DNA of 64,000 nucleotides from Eledone cirrhosa. Its lineage: Eukaryota. The DNA lies in contig CAXHJY010000139.1 in the NCBI GenBank assembly GCA_964016885.1, forward strand, positions 32,919 to 96,918, written 5' to 3'. The notes under the pieces are model-generated. The model worked only from the letters and a program-made list of their open reading frames with translations. It was not told the origin of the DNA and searched no databases. Made by a program: the position numbers and the translations under genes. Shown piece after piece: positions 1 through 12,399 of this stretch; positions within the stretch are counted from its first letter, which is position 1, and every line of letters starts with the position of its first letter.

Positions 1-269
1 GCTTAGCTTAGCTTAGGATAGCTTAGCTTAGGATAGCTTAGGATAGCTTAGCTTAGGATAGCTTAGCTTAGGATAGCTTAGGATAGCTTAGCTTAGCTTA
101 GCTTAGGATAGCTTAGCTTAGCTTAGCTTAGGATAGCTTAGCTTAGCTTAGGATAGCTTAGCTTAGCTTAGCTTAGGATAGCTTAGCTTAGCTTAGCTTA
201 GGATAGCTTAGCTTAGCTTAGCTTAGGATAGCTTAGCTTAGCTTAGGATAGCTCAGCTTAGCTTAGCTT

Positions 270-860
270 AGGATAGCTTAGCTTAGGTTAGCTTAGGATA
301 GCTTAGGATAGCTTAGGATAGCTTAGCTTAGCTTAGCTTAGGATAGCTTAGCTTAGCTTAGCTTAGGATAGCTTAGCTTAGCTTAGCTTAGCTTAGCTTA
401 GCTTAGCTTAGGATAGCTTAGCTTAGCTTAGGATAGCTTAGCTTAGCTTAGCTTAGGATAGCTTAGCTTAGCTTAGGATAGCTTAGCTTAGCTTAGCTTA
501 GGATAGCTTAGCTTTGCTTAGGATAGCTTAGCTTAGCTTAGCTTAGGATAGCTTAGCTTAGCTTAGCTTAGGATAGCTTAGCTTAGGTTAGCTTAGGATA
601 GCTTAGGATAGCTTAGGATAGCTTAGCTTAGCTTAGCTTAGGATAGCTTAGCTTAGCTTAGCTTAGGATAGCTTAGCTTAGCTTAGCTTAGGATAGATTA
701 GCTTAGCTTAGGATAGCTTAGCTTAGCTTAGCTTAGGATAGCTTAGCTTAGCTTAGGATAGCTTAGCTTAGCTTAGCTTAGGATAGCTTAGCTTTGCTTA
801 GGATAGCTTAGCTTAGCTTAGCTTAGGATAGCTTAGCTTAGCTTAGCTTAGGATAGCTTA
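270..860 (+). repeat. Two tandem copies of a ~280-300-bp sub-unit (also at ~13.8-14.4, 22.7-23.3 and 28.3-28.9 kb)
   Basis: GGTTA 286/586 with GCTTT 511/791; GGTTA 13816/14096 with GCTTT 14021/14311; GGTTA 22741/23021. Confidence 0.82.
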
Positions 861-2139
861 GCTTAGCTTAGCTTAGGATAGATTAGCTTAGCTTAGGATA
901 GCTTAGCTTAGCTTAGCTTAGGAAAGCTTAGCTTAGCTTAGGATAGCTTAGCTTAGCTTAGCTTAGGAGAGCTTAGCTTAGCTTAGGATAGCTTAGCTTA
1001 GCTTAGCTTAGGATAGCTTAGCTTAGCTTAGCTTAGGTAGCTTAGCTTAGCTTAGCTTAGGATAGCTTAGCTTAGCTTAGCTTAGCTTAGGATAGCTTAG
1101 CTTAGCTTAGCTTAGGATAGCTTAGCTTAGCTTAGCTTAGGATAGCTTAGGATAGCTTAGCTTAGGATAGCTTAGGATAGCTTACCTTTGGAGAGCTTAG
1201 CTTAGGATAGCTTAGCTTAGGATAGCTTAGGATAGCTTAGCTTAGGATAGCTTAGCTTAGGATAGCTTAGCTTAGGATAGCTTAGGATAGCTTAGCTTAG
1301 CTTAGCTTAGGATAGCTTAGCTTAGCTTAGCTTAGGATAGCTTAGCTTAGGTTAGCTTAGCTTAGCTTAGCTTAGGATAGCTTAGCTTAGGATAGCTTAG
1401 GATAGCTTAGCTTAGGATAGCTTAGCTTAGGATAGCTTAGCTTAGCTTTGCTTAGGATAGCTTAGCTTAGCTTAGCTTAGGATAGCTTAGCTTAGCTTAG
1501 CTTAGGATAGCTTAGCTTAGCTTAGCTTAGGATAGCTTAGCTTAGCTTAGCTTAGGATAGCTTAGCTTAGGATAGCTTAGCTTAGCTTAGCTTAGGATCG
1601 CTTAGCTTAGCTTAGCTTAGGATAGCTTAGCTTAGCTTAGGATAGCTTAGCTTAGCTTAGCTTAGGATAGCTTAGCTTAGCTTAGGATAGCTTAGGATAG
1701 CTTAGCTTAGGAGAGCTTAGCTTAGCTTAGCTTAGGATAGCTTAGCTTAGCTTAGCTTAGGATAGCTTAGCTTAACTTAGCTTAGGATAGCTTAGCTTAG
1801 CTTAGCTTAGGATAGCTTAGCTTAGCTTAGCTTAGGATAGCTTAGCTTAGCTTAGCTTAGGATAGCTTAGGATAGCTTAGCTTAGGATAGCTTAGGATAG
1901 CTTACCTTAGGAGAGCTTAGCTTAGGATAGCTTAGCTTAGGATAGCTTAGGATAGCTTAGCTTAGGATAGCTTAGCTTAGGATAGCTTAGCTTAGGATAG
2001 CTTAGGATAGCTTAGCTTAGCTTAGCTTAGGATAGCTTAGCTTAGCTTAGCTTAGGATAGCTTAGCTTAGCTTAGCTTAGGATAGCTTAGCTTAGCTTAG
2101 CTTAGGATAGCTTAGGATAGCTTAGCTTAGGATAGCTTA

Positions 2140-5100
2140 GGATAGCTTAGCTTAGGATAGCTTAGGATAGCTTAGCTTAGGATAGCTTAGCTTAGGATAG
2201 CTTAGCTTAGGATAGCTTAGGATAGCTTAGCTTAGGATAGCTTAGGATAGCTTAGCTTAGGATAGCTTAGCTTAGGATAGCTTAGGATAGCTTAGCTTAA
2301 CTTAGCTTAGGATAGCTTAGCTTAGCTTAGCTTAGGATAGCTTAGCTTAGCTTAGCTTAGGATAGCTTAGCTTAGCTTAGCTTAGGATAGCTTAGGATAG
2401 CTTAGCTTAGGATAGCTTAGGATAGCTTAGCTTAGGATAGCTTAGCTTAGCTTAGCTTAGGATAGCTTAGCTTAGCTTAGCTTAGAATAGCTTAGCTTAG
2501 GATAGCTTAGCTTAGGATAGCTTAGCTTAGGATAGCTTAGCTTAGGATAGCTTAGGATAGCTTAGCTTAGGATAGCTTAGGATAGCTTAGCTTAGGATAG
2601 CTTAGCTTAGCTTAGCTTAGGATAGCTTAGCTTAGCTTAGGATAGCTTAGCTTAGCTTAGCTTAGGATAGCTTAGCTTAGGATAGCTTAGGAAAGCTTAG
2701 CTTAGCTTAGCTTAGGATAGCTTAGCTTAGCTTAGCTTAGGATAGCTTAGCTTAGCTTAGGATAGCTTAGCTTAGCTTAGCTTAGGATAGCTTAGCTTAG
2801 CTTAGTTTAGGATAGCTTAGCTTAGCTTAGCTTAGGATAGCTTAGCTTGGCTTAGCTTAGGATAGCTTAGCTTAGCTTAGCTTAGGATAGCTTAGCTTAG
2901 GATAGCTTAGCTTAGCTTAGCTTAGGATAGCTTAGCTTAGCTTAGCTTAGGATAGCTTAGCTTAGGATAGCTTAGCTTAGCTTAGCTTAGGATAGCTTAG
3001 CATAGCTTAGCTTAGGATAGCTTAGCTTAGCTTAGCTTAGGATAGCTTAGCTTAGCTTAGCTTAGGATAGCTTAGCTTAGCTTAGCTTAGGATAGCTTAG
3101 CTTAGCTTAGCTTAGGATAGCTTAGCTTAGCTTAGCTTAGGATAGCTTAGCATAGCTTAGCTTAGGATAGCTTAGCTTAGCTTAGCTTAGGATAGCTTAG
3201 CTTAGCTTAGGATAGCTTAGCTTAGCTTGGCTTAGGATAGCTTAGCTTAGCTTGGCTTAGGATAGCTTAGCTTAGCTTAGCTTAGGATAGCTTAGCTTAG
3301 GATAGCTTAGGATAGCTTAGCTTAGCTTAGCTTAGGATAGCTTAGCTTAGTTTAGGATAGCTTAGCTTAGCTTAGCTTAGGATAGCTTAGGATAGCTTAG
3401 CTTAGGATAGCTTAGGATAGCTTAGCTTAGGATAGCTTAGGATAGCTTAGCTTAGGATAGCTTAGGATAGCTTAGGTTAGGATAGCTTAGCTTAGGATAG
3501 CTTAGGATAGCTTAGCTTAGGATAGCTTAGGATAGCTTAGCTTAGGATAGCTTAGGATAGCTTAGCTTAGGATAGCTTAGCTTATGATAGCTTAGGAAAG
3601 CTTAGCTTAGCTTAGCTTAGGATAGCTTAGCTTAGCTTAGCTTAGGATAGCTTAGCTTAGCTTAGCTTAGGATAGCTTAGGATAGCTTAGCTTAGGATAG
3701 CTTAGGATAGCTTAGCTTAGGATAGCTTAGCTTAGGATAGCTTAGCTTAGGATAGCTTAGGATAGCTTAGCTTAGGATAGCTTAGGATAGCTTAGCTTAG
3801 GTAGCTTAGCTTAGGATAGCTTAGGATAGCTTAGCTTAGCTTAGCTTAGGATAGCTTAGCTTAGCTTAGGATAGCTTAGCTTAGCTTAGCTTAGCTTAGG
3901 ATAGCTTAGCTTAGCTTAGGATAGCTTAGGATAGCTTAGCTTAGGATAGCTTAGGATAGCTTAGCTTAGGATAGCTTAGGATAGCTTAGCTTAGGATAGC
4001 TTAGGATAGCTTAGCTTAGGATAGCTTAGCTTAGGATAGCTTAGCTTAGCTTAGCTTAGGATAGCTTAGCTTAGGATAGCTTAGGATATCTTAGGTTAGG
4101 ATAGCTTAGCTTAGGATAGCTTAGGATAGATTAGCTTAGCTTAGCTTAGGATAGCTTAGCTTAGCTTAGCTTAGGATAGCTTAGCTTAGCTTAGGATAGC
4201 TTAGCTTAGCTTAGCTTAGGATAGCTTAGCTTAGCTTAGCTTAGGATAGCTTAGCTTAGCTTAGGATAGCTTAGCTTAGCTTAGCTTAGGATAGCTTAGC
4301 TTAGCTTAGCTTAGGATAGCTTAGCTTAGGATAGCTTAGCTTAGGATAGCTTAGCTTAGGTTAGCTTAGCTTAGCTTAGCTTAGGATAGCTTAGGATAGC
4401 TTAGCTTAGGATAACTTAGCTTAGCTTAGCTTAGGATAGCTTAGCTTAGCTTAGCTTAGGATAGCTTAGCTTAGCTTAGCTTAGGATAGCTTAGCTTAGG
4501 ATAGCTTAGGATTGCTTAGCTTAGCTTAGCTTAGGATAGCTTAGCTTAGCTTAGCTTAGGATAGCTTAGCTTAGCTTAGGATAGCTTAGCTTAGCTTAGC
4601 TTAGGATAGCTTAGCTTAGCTTAGCTTAGGATAGCTTAGCTTAGCTTAGCTTAGGATAGCTTAGGATAGCTTAGGATAGCTTAGCTTAGCTTAGGATAGC
4701 TTAGCTTAGCTTAGGATAGCTTAGCTTAGCTTAGCTTAGGATAGCTTAGCTTAGCTTAGGATAGCTTAGCTTAGCTTAGCTTAGGATAGCTTAGCTTAGC
4801 TTAGCTTAGGATAGCTTAGCTTAGCTTAGCTTAGGATAGCTTAGCTTAGCTTAGCTTAGGATAGCTTAGCTTAGCTTAGCTTAGGATAGATTAGCTTAGC
4901 TTAGGATAGCTTAGCTTAGCTTAGCTTAGGAAAGCTTAGCTTAGCTTAGGATAGCTTAGCTTAGCTTAGCTTAGGAGAGCTTAGCTTAGCTTAGCTTAGG
5001 ATAGCTTAGCTTAGCTTAGGATAGCTTAGCTTAGCTTAGGTAGCTTAGCTTAGCTTAGCTTAGGATAGCTTAGCTTAGCTTAGCTTAGCTTAGGATAGCT

Positions 5101-8100
5101 TAGCTTAGCTTAGCTTAGGAGAGCTTAGCTTAGCTTAGCTTAGGATAGCTTAGGATAGCTTAGCTTAGGATAGCTTAGGATAGCTTACCTTAGGAGAGCT
5201 TAGCTTAGGATAGCTTAGCTTAGGATAGCTTAGGATAGCTTAGCTTAGGATAGCTTAGCTTAGGATAGCTTAGCTTAGGATAGCTTAGGATAGCTTAGCT
5301 TAGCTTAGCTTAGGATAGCTTAGCTTAGCTTAGCTTAGGATAGCTTAGCTTAGGTTAGCTTAGCTTAGCTTAGCTTAGCTTAGGATAGCTTAGCTTAGGA
5401 TAGCTTAGGATAGCTTAGGATAGCTTAGCTTAGGATAGCTTAGCTTAGGATAGCTTAGGATAGCTTAGCTTAGGATAGCTTAGGATAGCTTAGCTTAGGA
5501 TAGCTTAGCTTAGGATAGCTTAGGATAGCTTAGCTTAGCTTAGGATAGCTTAGCTTAGCTTAGCTTAGGAAAGCTTAGCTTAGCTTAGGATTGCTTAGCT
5601 TAGCTTAGCTTAGGATAGCTTAGGATAGCTTAGCTTAGGATAGCTTAGCTTAGGATAGCTTAGGATAGCTTAGGATAGCTTAGCTTAGCTTAGCTTAGGA
5701 TAGCTTAGCTTAGCTTAGCTTAGGATAGCTTAGCTTAGCTTAGCTTAGGATAGCTTAGCTTAGCTTAGGATAGCTTAGCTTAGCTTAGCTTAGGATAGCT
5801 TAGCTTAGCTTAGCTTAGGACAGCTTAGCTTAGCTTAGCTTAGGATAGCTTAGCTTAGCTTAGGATAGCTTAGCTTAGCTTAGCTTAGGATAGCTTAGCT
5901 TAGGATAGCTTAGCTTAGGATAGCTTAGCTTGGGTTAGCTTAGCTTAGCTTAGCTTAGGATAGCTTAGGATAGCTTAGCTTAGGATAGCTTAGCTTAGCT
6001 TAGCTTAGGATAGCTTAGCTTAGCTTAGCTTAGGATAGCTTAGCTTAGCTTAGCTTAGGATAGCTTAGCTTAGCTTAGCTTAGGATAGCTTAGCTTAGGA
6101 TAGCTTAGGATAGCTTAGCTTAGCTTAGCTTAGGATAGCTTAGCTTAGCTTAGCTTAGGATAGCTTAGCTTAGCTTAGGATAGCTTAGCTTAGCTTAGCT
6201 TAGGATAGCTTAGCTTAGCTTAGCTTAGGATAGCTTAGCTTAGCTTAGCTTAGGATAGCTTAGGATAGCTTAGGATAGCTTAGCTTAGCTTAGCTTAGGA
6301 TAGCTTAGCTTAGCTTAGCTTAGGATAGCTTAGCTTAGCTTAGCTTAGGATAGCTTAGCTTAGCTTAGGATAGCTTAGCTTAGCTTAGGATAGCTTAGCT
6401 TAGCTTAGCTTAGGATAGCTTAGCTTAGCTTAGCTTAGGATAGCTTAGCTTAGCTTAGCTTAGGATAGCTTAGCTTAGCTTAGGATAGCTTAGCTTAGCT
6501 TAGCTTAGGATAGCTTAGCTTAGCTTAGCTTAGGATAGCTTAGCTTAGCTTAGCTTAGGATAGATTAGCTTAGCTTAGGATAGCTTAGCTTAGCTTAGCT
6601 TAGGAAAGCTTAGCTTAGCTTAGGATAGCTTAGCTTAGCTTAGCTTAGGATAGCTTAGGATAGCTTAGCTTAGGATAGCTTAGGATAGCTTAGCTTAGGA
6701 TAGCTTAGGATATTTTAGGTTAGGATAGCTTAGCTTAGGATAGCTTAGGATAGCTTAGCTTAGGATAGCTTAGGATAGCTTAGCTTAGGATAGCTTAGGA
6801 TAGCTTAGCTTAGGATAGCTTAGCTTAGGATAGCTTAGGAAAGCTTAGCTTAGCTTAGCTTAGGATAGCTTAGCTTAGCTTAGCTTAGGATAGCTTAGCT
6901 TAGCTTAGCTTAGGATAGCTTAGGATAGCTTAGCTTAGGATAGCTTAGGATAGCTTAGCTTAGGATAGCTTAGCTTAGGATAGCTTAGCTTAGGATAGCT
7001 TAGGATAGCTTAGCTTAGGATAGCTTAGGATAGCTTAGCTTAGGATAGCTTAGCTTAGGATAGCTTAGGATAGCTTAGCTTAGCTTAGCTTAGGATAGCT
7101 TAGCTTAGCTTAGCTTAGGATAGCTTAGCTTAGCTTAGCTTAGCTTAGCTTAGCTTAGCTTAGGATAGCTTAGGATAGCTTAGCTTAGGATAGCTTAGGA
7201 TAGCTTAGCTTAGGATAGCTTAGCTTAGGATAGCTTAGCTTAGCTTAGCTTAGGATAGCTTAGCTTAGGATAGCTTAGCTTAGGATAGCTTAGGATAGCT
7301 TAGCTTAGGATAGCTTAGCTTAGGATAGCTTAGCTTAGGATAGCTTAGGATAGCTTAGCTTAGGATAGCTTAGGATAGCTTAGCTTAGGATAGCTTAGCT
7401 TAGGATAGCTTAGGATAGCTTAGCTTAACTTAGCTTAGGATAGCTTAGCTTAGCTTAGCTTAGGATAGCTTAGCTTAGCTTAGCTTAGGATAGCTTAGCT
7501 TAGCTTAGCTTAGGATAGCTTAGGATAGCTTAGCTTAGGATAGCTTAGGATAGCTTAGCTTAGGATAGCTTAGCTTAGCTTAGCTTAGGATAGCTTAGCT
7601 TAGCTTAGCTTAGAATAGCTTAGCTTAGGATAGCTTAGCTTAGGATAGCTTAGCTTAGGATAGCTTAGCTTAGGATAGCTTAGGATAGCTTAGCTTAGGA
7701 TAGCTTAGGATAGCTTAGCTTAGGATAGCTTAGCTTAGCTTAGCTTAGGATAGCTTAGCTTAGCTTAGGATAGCTTAGCTTAGCTTAGCTTAGGATAGCT
7801 TAGCTTAGGATAGCTTAGGAAAGCTTAGCTTAGCTTAGCTTAGGATAGCTTAGCTTAGCTTAGCTTAGGATAGCTTAGCTTAGCTTAGGATAGCTTAGCT
7901 TAGCTTAGCTTAGGATAGCTTAGCTTAGCTTAGTTTAGGATAGCTTAGCTTAGCTTAGCTTAGGATAGCTTAGCTTGGCTTAGCTTAGGATAGCTTAGCT
8001 TAGCTTAGCTTAGGATAGCTTAGCTTAGGATAGCTTAGCTTAGCTTAGCTTAGGATAGCTTAGCTTAGCTTAGCTTAGGATAGCTTAGCTTAGGATAGCT

Positions 8101-11100
8101 TAGCTTAGCTTAGCTTAGGATAGCTTAGCATAGCTTAGCTTAGGATAGCTTAGCTTAGCTTAGCTTAGGATAGCTTAGCTTAGCTTAGCTTAGGATAGCT
8201 TAGCTTAGCTTAGCTTAGGATAGCTTAGCTTAGCTTAGCTTAGGATAGCTTAGCTTAGCTTAGCTTAGGATAGCTTAGCATAGCTTAGCTTAGGATAGCT
8301 TAGCTTAGCTTAGCTTAGGATAGCTTAGCTTAGCTTAGGATAGCTTAGCTTAGCTTGGCTTAGGATAGCTTAGCTTAGCTTGGCTTAGGATAGCTTAGCT
8401 TAGCTTAGCTTAGGATAGCTTAGCTTAGGATAGCTTAGGATAGCTTAGCTTAGCTTAGCTTAGGATAGCTTAGCTTAGTTTAGGATAGCTTAGCTTAGCT
8501 TAGCTTAGGATAGCTTAGGATAGCTTAGCTTAGGATAGCTTAGGATAGCTTAGCTTAGGATAGCTTAGGATAGCTTAGCTTAGGATAGCTTAGGATAGCT
8601 TAGGTTAGGATAGCTTAGCTTAGGATAGCTTAGGATAGCTTAGCTTAGGATAGCTTAGGATAGCTTAGCTTAGGATAGCTTAGGATAGCTTAGCTTAGGA
8701 TAGCTTAGCTTATGATAGCTTAGGAAAGCTTAGCTTAGCTTAGCTTAGGATAGCTTAGCTTAGCTTAGCTTAGGATAGCTTAGCTTAGCTTAGCTTAGGA
8801 TAGCTTAGGATAGCTTAGCTTAGGATAGCTTAGGATAGCTTAGCTTAGGATAGCTTAGCTTAGGATAGCTTAGCTTAGGATAGCTTAGGATAGCTTAGCT
8901 TAGGATAGCTTAGGATAGCTTAGCTTAGGTAGCTTAGCTTAGGATAGCTTAGGATAGCTTAGCTTAGCTTAGCTTAGGATAGCTTAGCTTAGCTTAGGAT
9001 AGCTTAGCTTAGCTTAGCTTAGCTTAGGATAGCTTAGCTTAGCTTAGGATAGCTTAGGATAGCTTAGCTTAGGATAGCTTAGGATAGCTTAGCTTAGGAT
9101 AGCTTAGGATAGCTTAGCTTAGGATAGCTTAGGATAGCTTAGCTTAGGATAGCTTAGCTTAGGATAGCTTAGCTTAGCTTAGCTTAGGATAGCTTAGCTT
9201 AGGATAGCTTAGGATATCTTAGGTTAGGATAGCTTAGCTTAGGATAGCTTAGGATAGATTAGCTTAGCTTAGCTTAGGATAGCTTAGCTTAGCTTAGCTT
9301 AGGATAGCTTAGCTTAGCTTAGGATAGCTTAGCTTAGCTTAGCTTAGGATAGCTTAGCTTAGCTTAGCTTAGGATAGCTTAGCTTAGCTTAGGATAGCTT
9401 AGCTTAGCTTAGCTTAGGATAGCTTAGCTTAGCTTAGCTTAGGATAGCTTAGCTTAGGATAGCTTAGCTTAGGATAGCTTAGCTTAGGTTAGCTTAGCTT
9501 AGCTTAGCTTAGGATAGCTTAGGATAGCTTAGCTTAGGATAACTTAGCTTAGCTTAGCTTAGGATAGCTTAGCTTAGCTTAGCTTAGGATAGCTTAGCTT
9601 AGCTTAGCTTAGGATAGCTTAGCTTAGGATAGCTTAGGATTGCTTAGCTTAGCTTAGCTTAGGATAGCTTAGCTTAGCTTAGCTTAGGATAGCTTAGCTT
9701 AGCTTAGGATAGCTTAGCTTAGCTTAGCTTAGGATAGCTTAGCTTAGCTTAGCTTAGGATAGCTTAGCTTAGCTTAGCTTAGGATAGCTTAGGATAGCTT
9801 AGGATAGCTTAGCTTAGCTTAGGATAGCTTAGCTTAGCTTAGGATAGCTTAGCTTAGCTTAGCTTAGGATAGCTTAGCTTAGCTTAGGATAGCTTAGCTT
9901 AGCTTAGCTTAGGATAGCTTAGCTTAGCTTAGCTTAGGATAGCTTAGCTTAGCTTAGCTTAGGATAGCTTAGCTTAGCTTAGCTTAGGATAGCTTAGCTT
10001 AGCTTAGCTTAGGATAGATTAGCTTAGCTTAGGATAGCTTAGCTTAGCTTAGCTTAGGAAAGCTTAGCTTAGCTTAGGATAGCTTAGCTTAGCTTAGCTT
10101 AGGAGAGCTTAGCTTAGCTTAGCTTAGGATAGCTTAGCTTAGCTTAGGATAGCTTAGCTTAGCTTAGGTAGCTTAGCTTAGCTTAGCTTAGGATAGCTTA
10201 GCTTAGCTTAGCTTAGCTTAGGATAGCTTAGCTTAGCTTAGCTTAGGAGAGCTTAGCTTAGCTTAGCTTAGGATAGCTTAGGATAGCTTAGCTTAGGATA
10301 GCTTAGGATAGCTTACCTTAGGAGAGCTTAGCTTAGGATAGCTTAGCTTAGGATAGCTTAGGATAGCTTAGCTTAGGATAGCTTAGCTTAGGATAGCTTA
10401 GCTTAGGATAGCTTAGGATAGCTTAGCTTAGCTTAGCTTAGGATAGCTTAGCTTAGCTTAGCTTAGGATAGCTTAGCTTAGGTTAGCTTAGCTTAGCTTA
10501 GCTTAGCTTAGGATAGCTTAGCTTAGGATAGCTTAGGATAGCTTAGGATAGCTTAGCTTAGGATAGCTTAGCTTAGGATAGCTTAGGATAGCTTAGCTTA
10601 GGATAGCTTAGGATAGCTTAGCTTAGGATAGCTTAGCTTAGGATAGCTTAGGATAGCTTAGCTTAGCTTAGGATAGCTTAGCTTAGCTTAGCTTAGGATA
10701 GCTTAGCTTAGCTTAGGATTGCTTAGCTTAGCTTAGCTTAGGATAGCTTAGGATAGCTTAGCTTAGGATAGCTTAGCTTAGGATAGCTTAGGATAGCTTA
10801 GGATAGCTTAGCTTAGCTTAGCTTAGGATAGCTTAGCTTAGCTTAGCTTAGGATAGCTTAGCTTAGCTTAGCTTAGGATAGCTTAGCTTAGCTTAGGATA
10901 GCTTAGCTTAGCTTAGCTTAGGATAGCTTAGCTTAGCTTAGCTTAGGACAGCTTAGCTTAGCTTAGCTTAGGATAGCTTAGCTTAGCTTAGGATAGCTTA
11001 GCTTAGCTTAGCTTAGGATAGCTTAGCTTAGGATAGCTTAGCTTAGGATAGCTTAGCTTGGGTTAGCTTAGCTTAGCTTAGCTTAGGATAGCTTAGGATA

Positions 11101-12395
11101 GCTTAGCTTAGGATAGCTTAGCTTAGCTTAGCTTAGGATAGCTTAGCTTAGCTTAGCTTAGGATAGCTTAGCTTAGCTTAGCTTAGGATAGCTTAGCTTA
11201 GCTTAGCTTAGGATAGCTTAGCTTAGGATAGCTTAGGATAGCTTAGCTTAGCTTAGCTTAGGATAGCTTAGCTTAGCTTAGCTTAGGATAGCTTAGCTTA
11301 GCTTAGGATAGCTTAGCTTAGCTTAGCTTAGGATAGCTTAGCTTAGCTTAGCTTAGGATAGCTTAGCTTAGCTTAGCTTAGGATAGCTTAGGATAGCTTA
11401 GGATAGCTTAGCTTAGCTTAGCTTAGGATAGCTTAGCTTAGCTTAGCTTAGGATAGCTTAGCTTAGCTTAGCTTAGGATAGCTTAGCTTAGCTTAGGATA
11501 GCTTAGCTTAGCTTAGGATAGCTTAGCTTAGCTTAGCTTAGGATAGCTTAGCTTAGCTTAGCTTAGGATAGCTTAGCTTAGCTTAGCTTAGGATAGCTTA
11601 GCTTAGCTTAGGATAGCTTAGCTTAGCTTAGCTTAGGATAGCTTAGCTTAGCTTAGCTTAGGATAGCTTAGCTTAGCTTAGCTTAGGATAGATTAGCTTA
11701 GCTTAGGATAGCTTAGCTTAGCTTAGCTTAGGAAAGCTTAGCTTAGCTTAGGATAGCTTAGCTTAGCTTAGCTTAGGATAGCTTAGGATAGCTTAGCTTA
11801 GGATAGCTTAGGATAGCTTAGCTTAGGATAGCTTAGGATATTTTAGGTTAGGATAGCTTAGCTTAGGATAGCTTAGGATAGCTTAGCTTAGGATAGCTTA
11901 GGATAGCTTAGCTTAGGATAGCTTAGGATAGCTTAGCTTAGGATAGCTTAGCTTAGGATAGCTTAGGAAAGCTTAGCTTAGCTTAGCTTAGGATAGCTTA
12001 GCTTAGCTTAGCTTAGGATAGCTTAGCTTAGCTTAGCTTAGGATAGCTTAGGATAGCTTAGCTTAGGATAGCTTAGGATAGCTTAGCTTAGGATAGCTTA
12101 GCTTAGGATAGCTTAGCTTAGGATAGCTTAGGATAGCTTAGCTTAGGATAGCTTAGGATAGCTTAGCTTAGGATAGCTTAGCTTAGGATAGCTTAGGATA
12201 GCTTAGCTTAGCTTAGCTTAGGATAGCTTAGCTTAGCTTAGCTTAGGATAGCTTAGCTTAGCTTAGCTTAGCTTAGCTTAGCTTAGCTTAGGATAGCTTA
12301 GGATAGCTTAGCTTAGGATAGCTTAGGATAGCTTAGCTTAGGATAGCTTAGCTTAGGATAGCTTAGCTTAGCTTAGCTTAGGATAGCTTAGCTTA
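2140..12395 (+). repeat. Tandem duplication, period 5,128 bp (copy 1 ~2140-7267, copy 2 ~7268-12395)
   Basis: Markers at an exact 5,128 offset: ACTTA 2300/7428, GCATA 3000/8128, GGTA deletion 3800/8928 and 5039/10167, GATATC 4085/9213, CCTTA 5188/10316, GCTTG-GGTTA 5928/11056, TTTTA 6713/11841. Confidence 0.93.
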
Positions 12396-12399
12396 GGAT

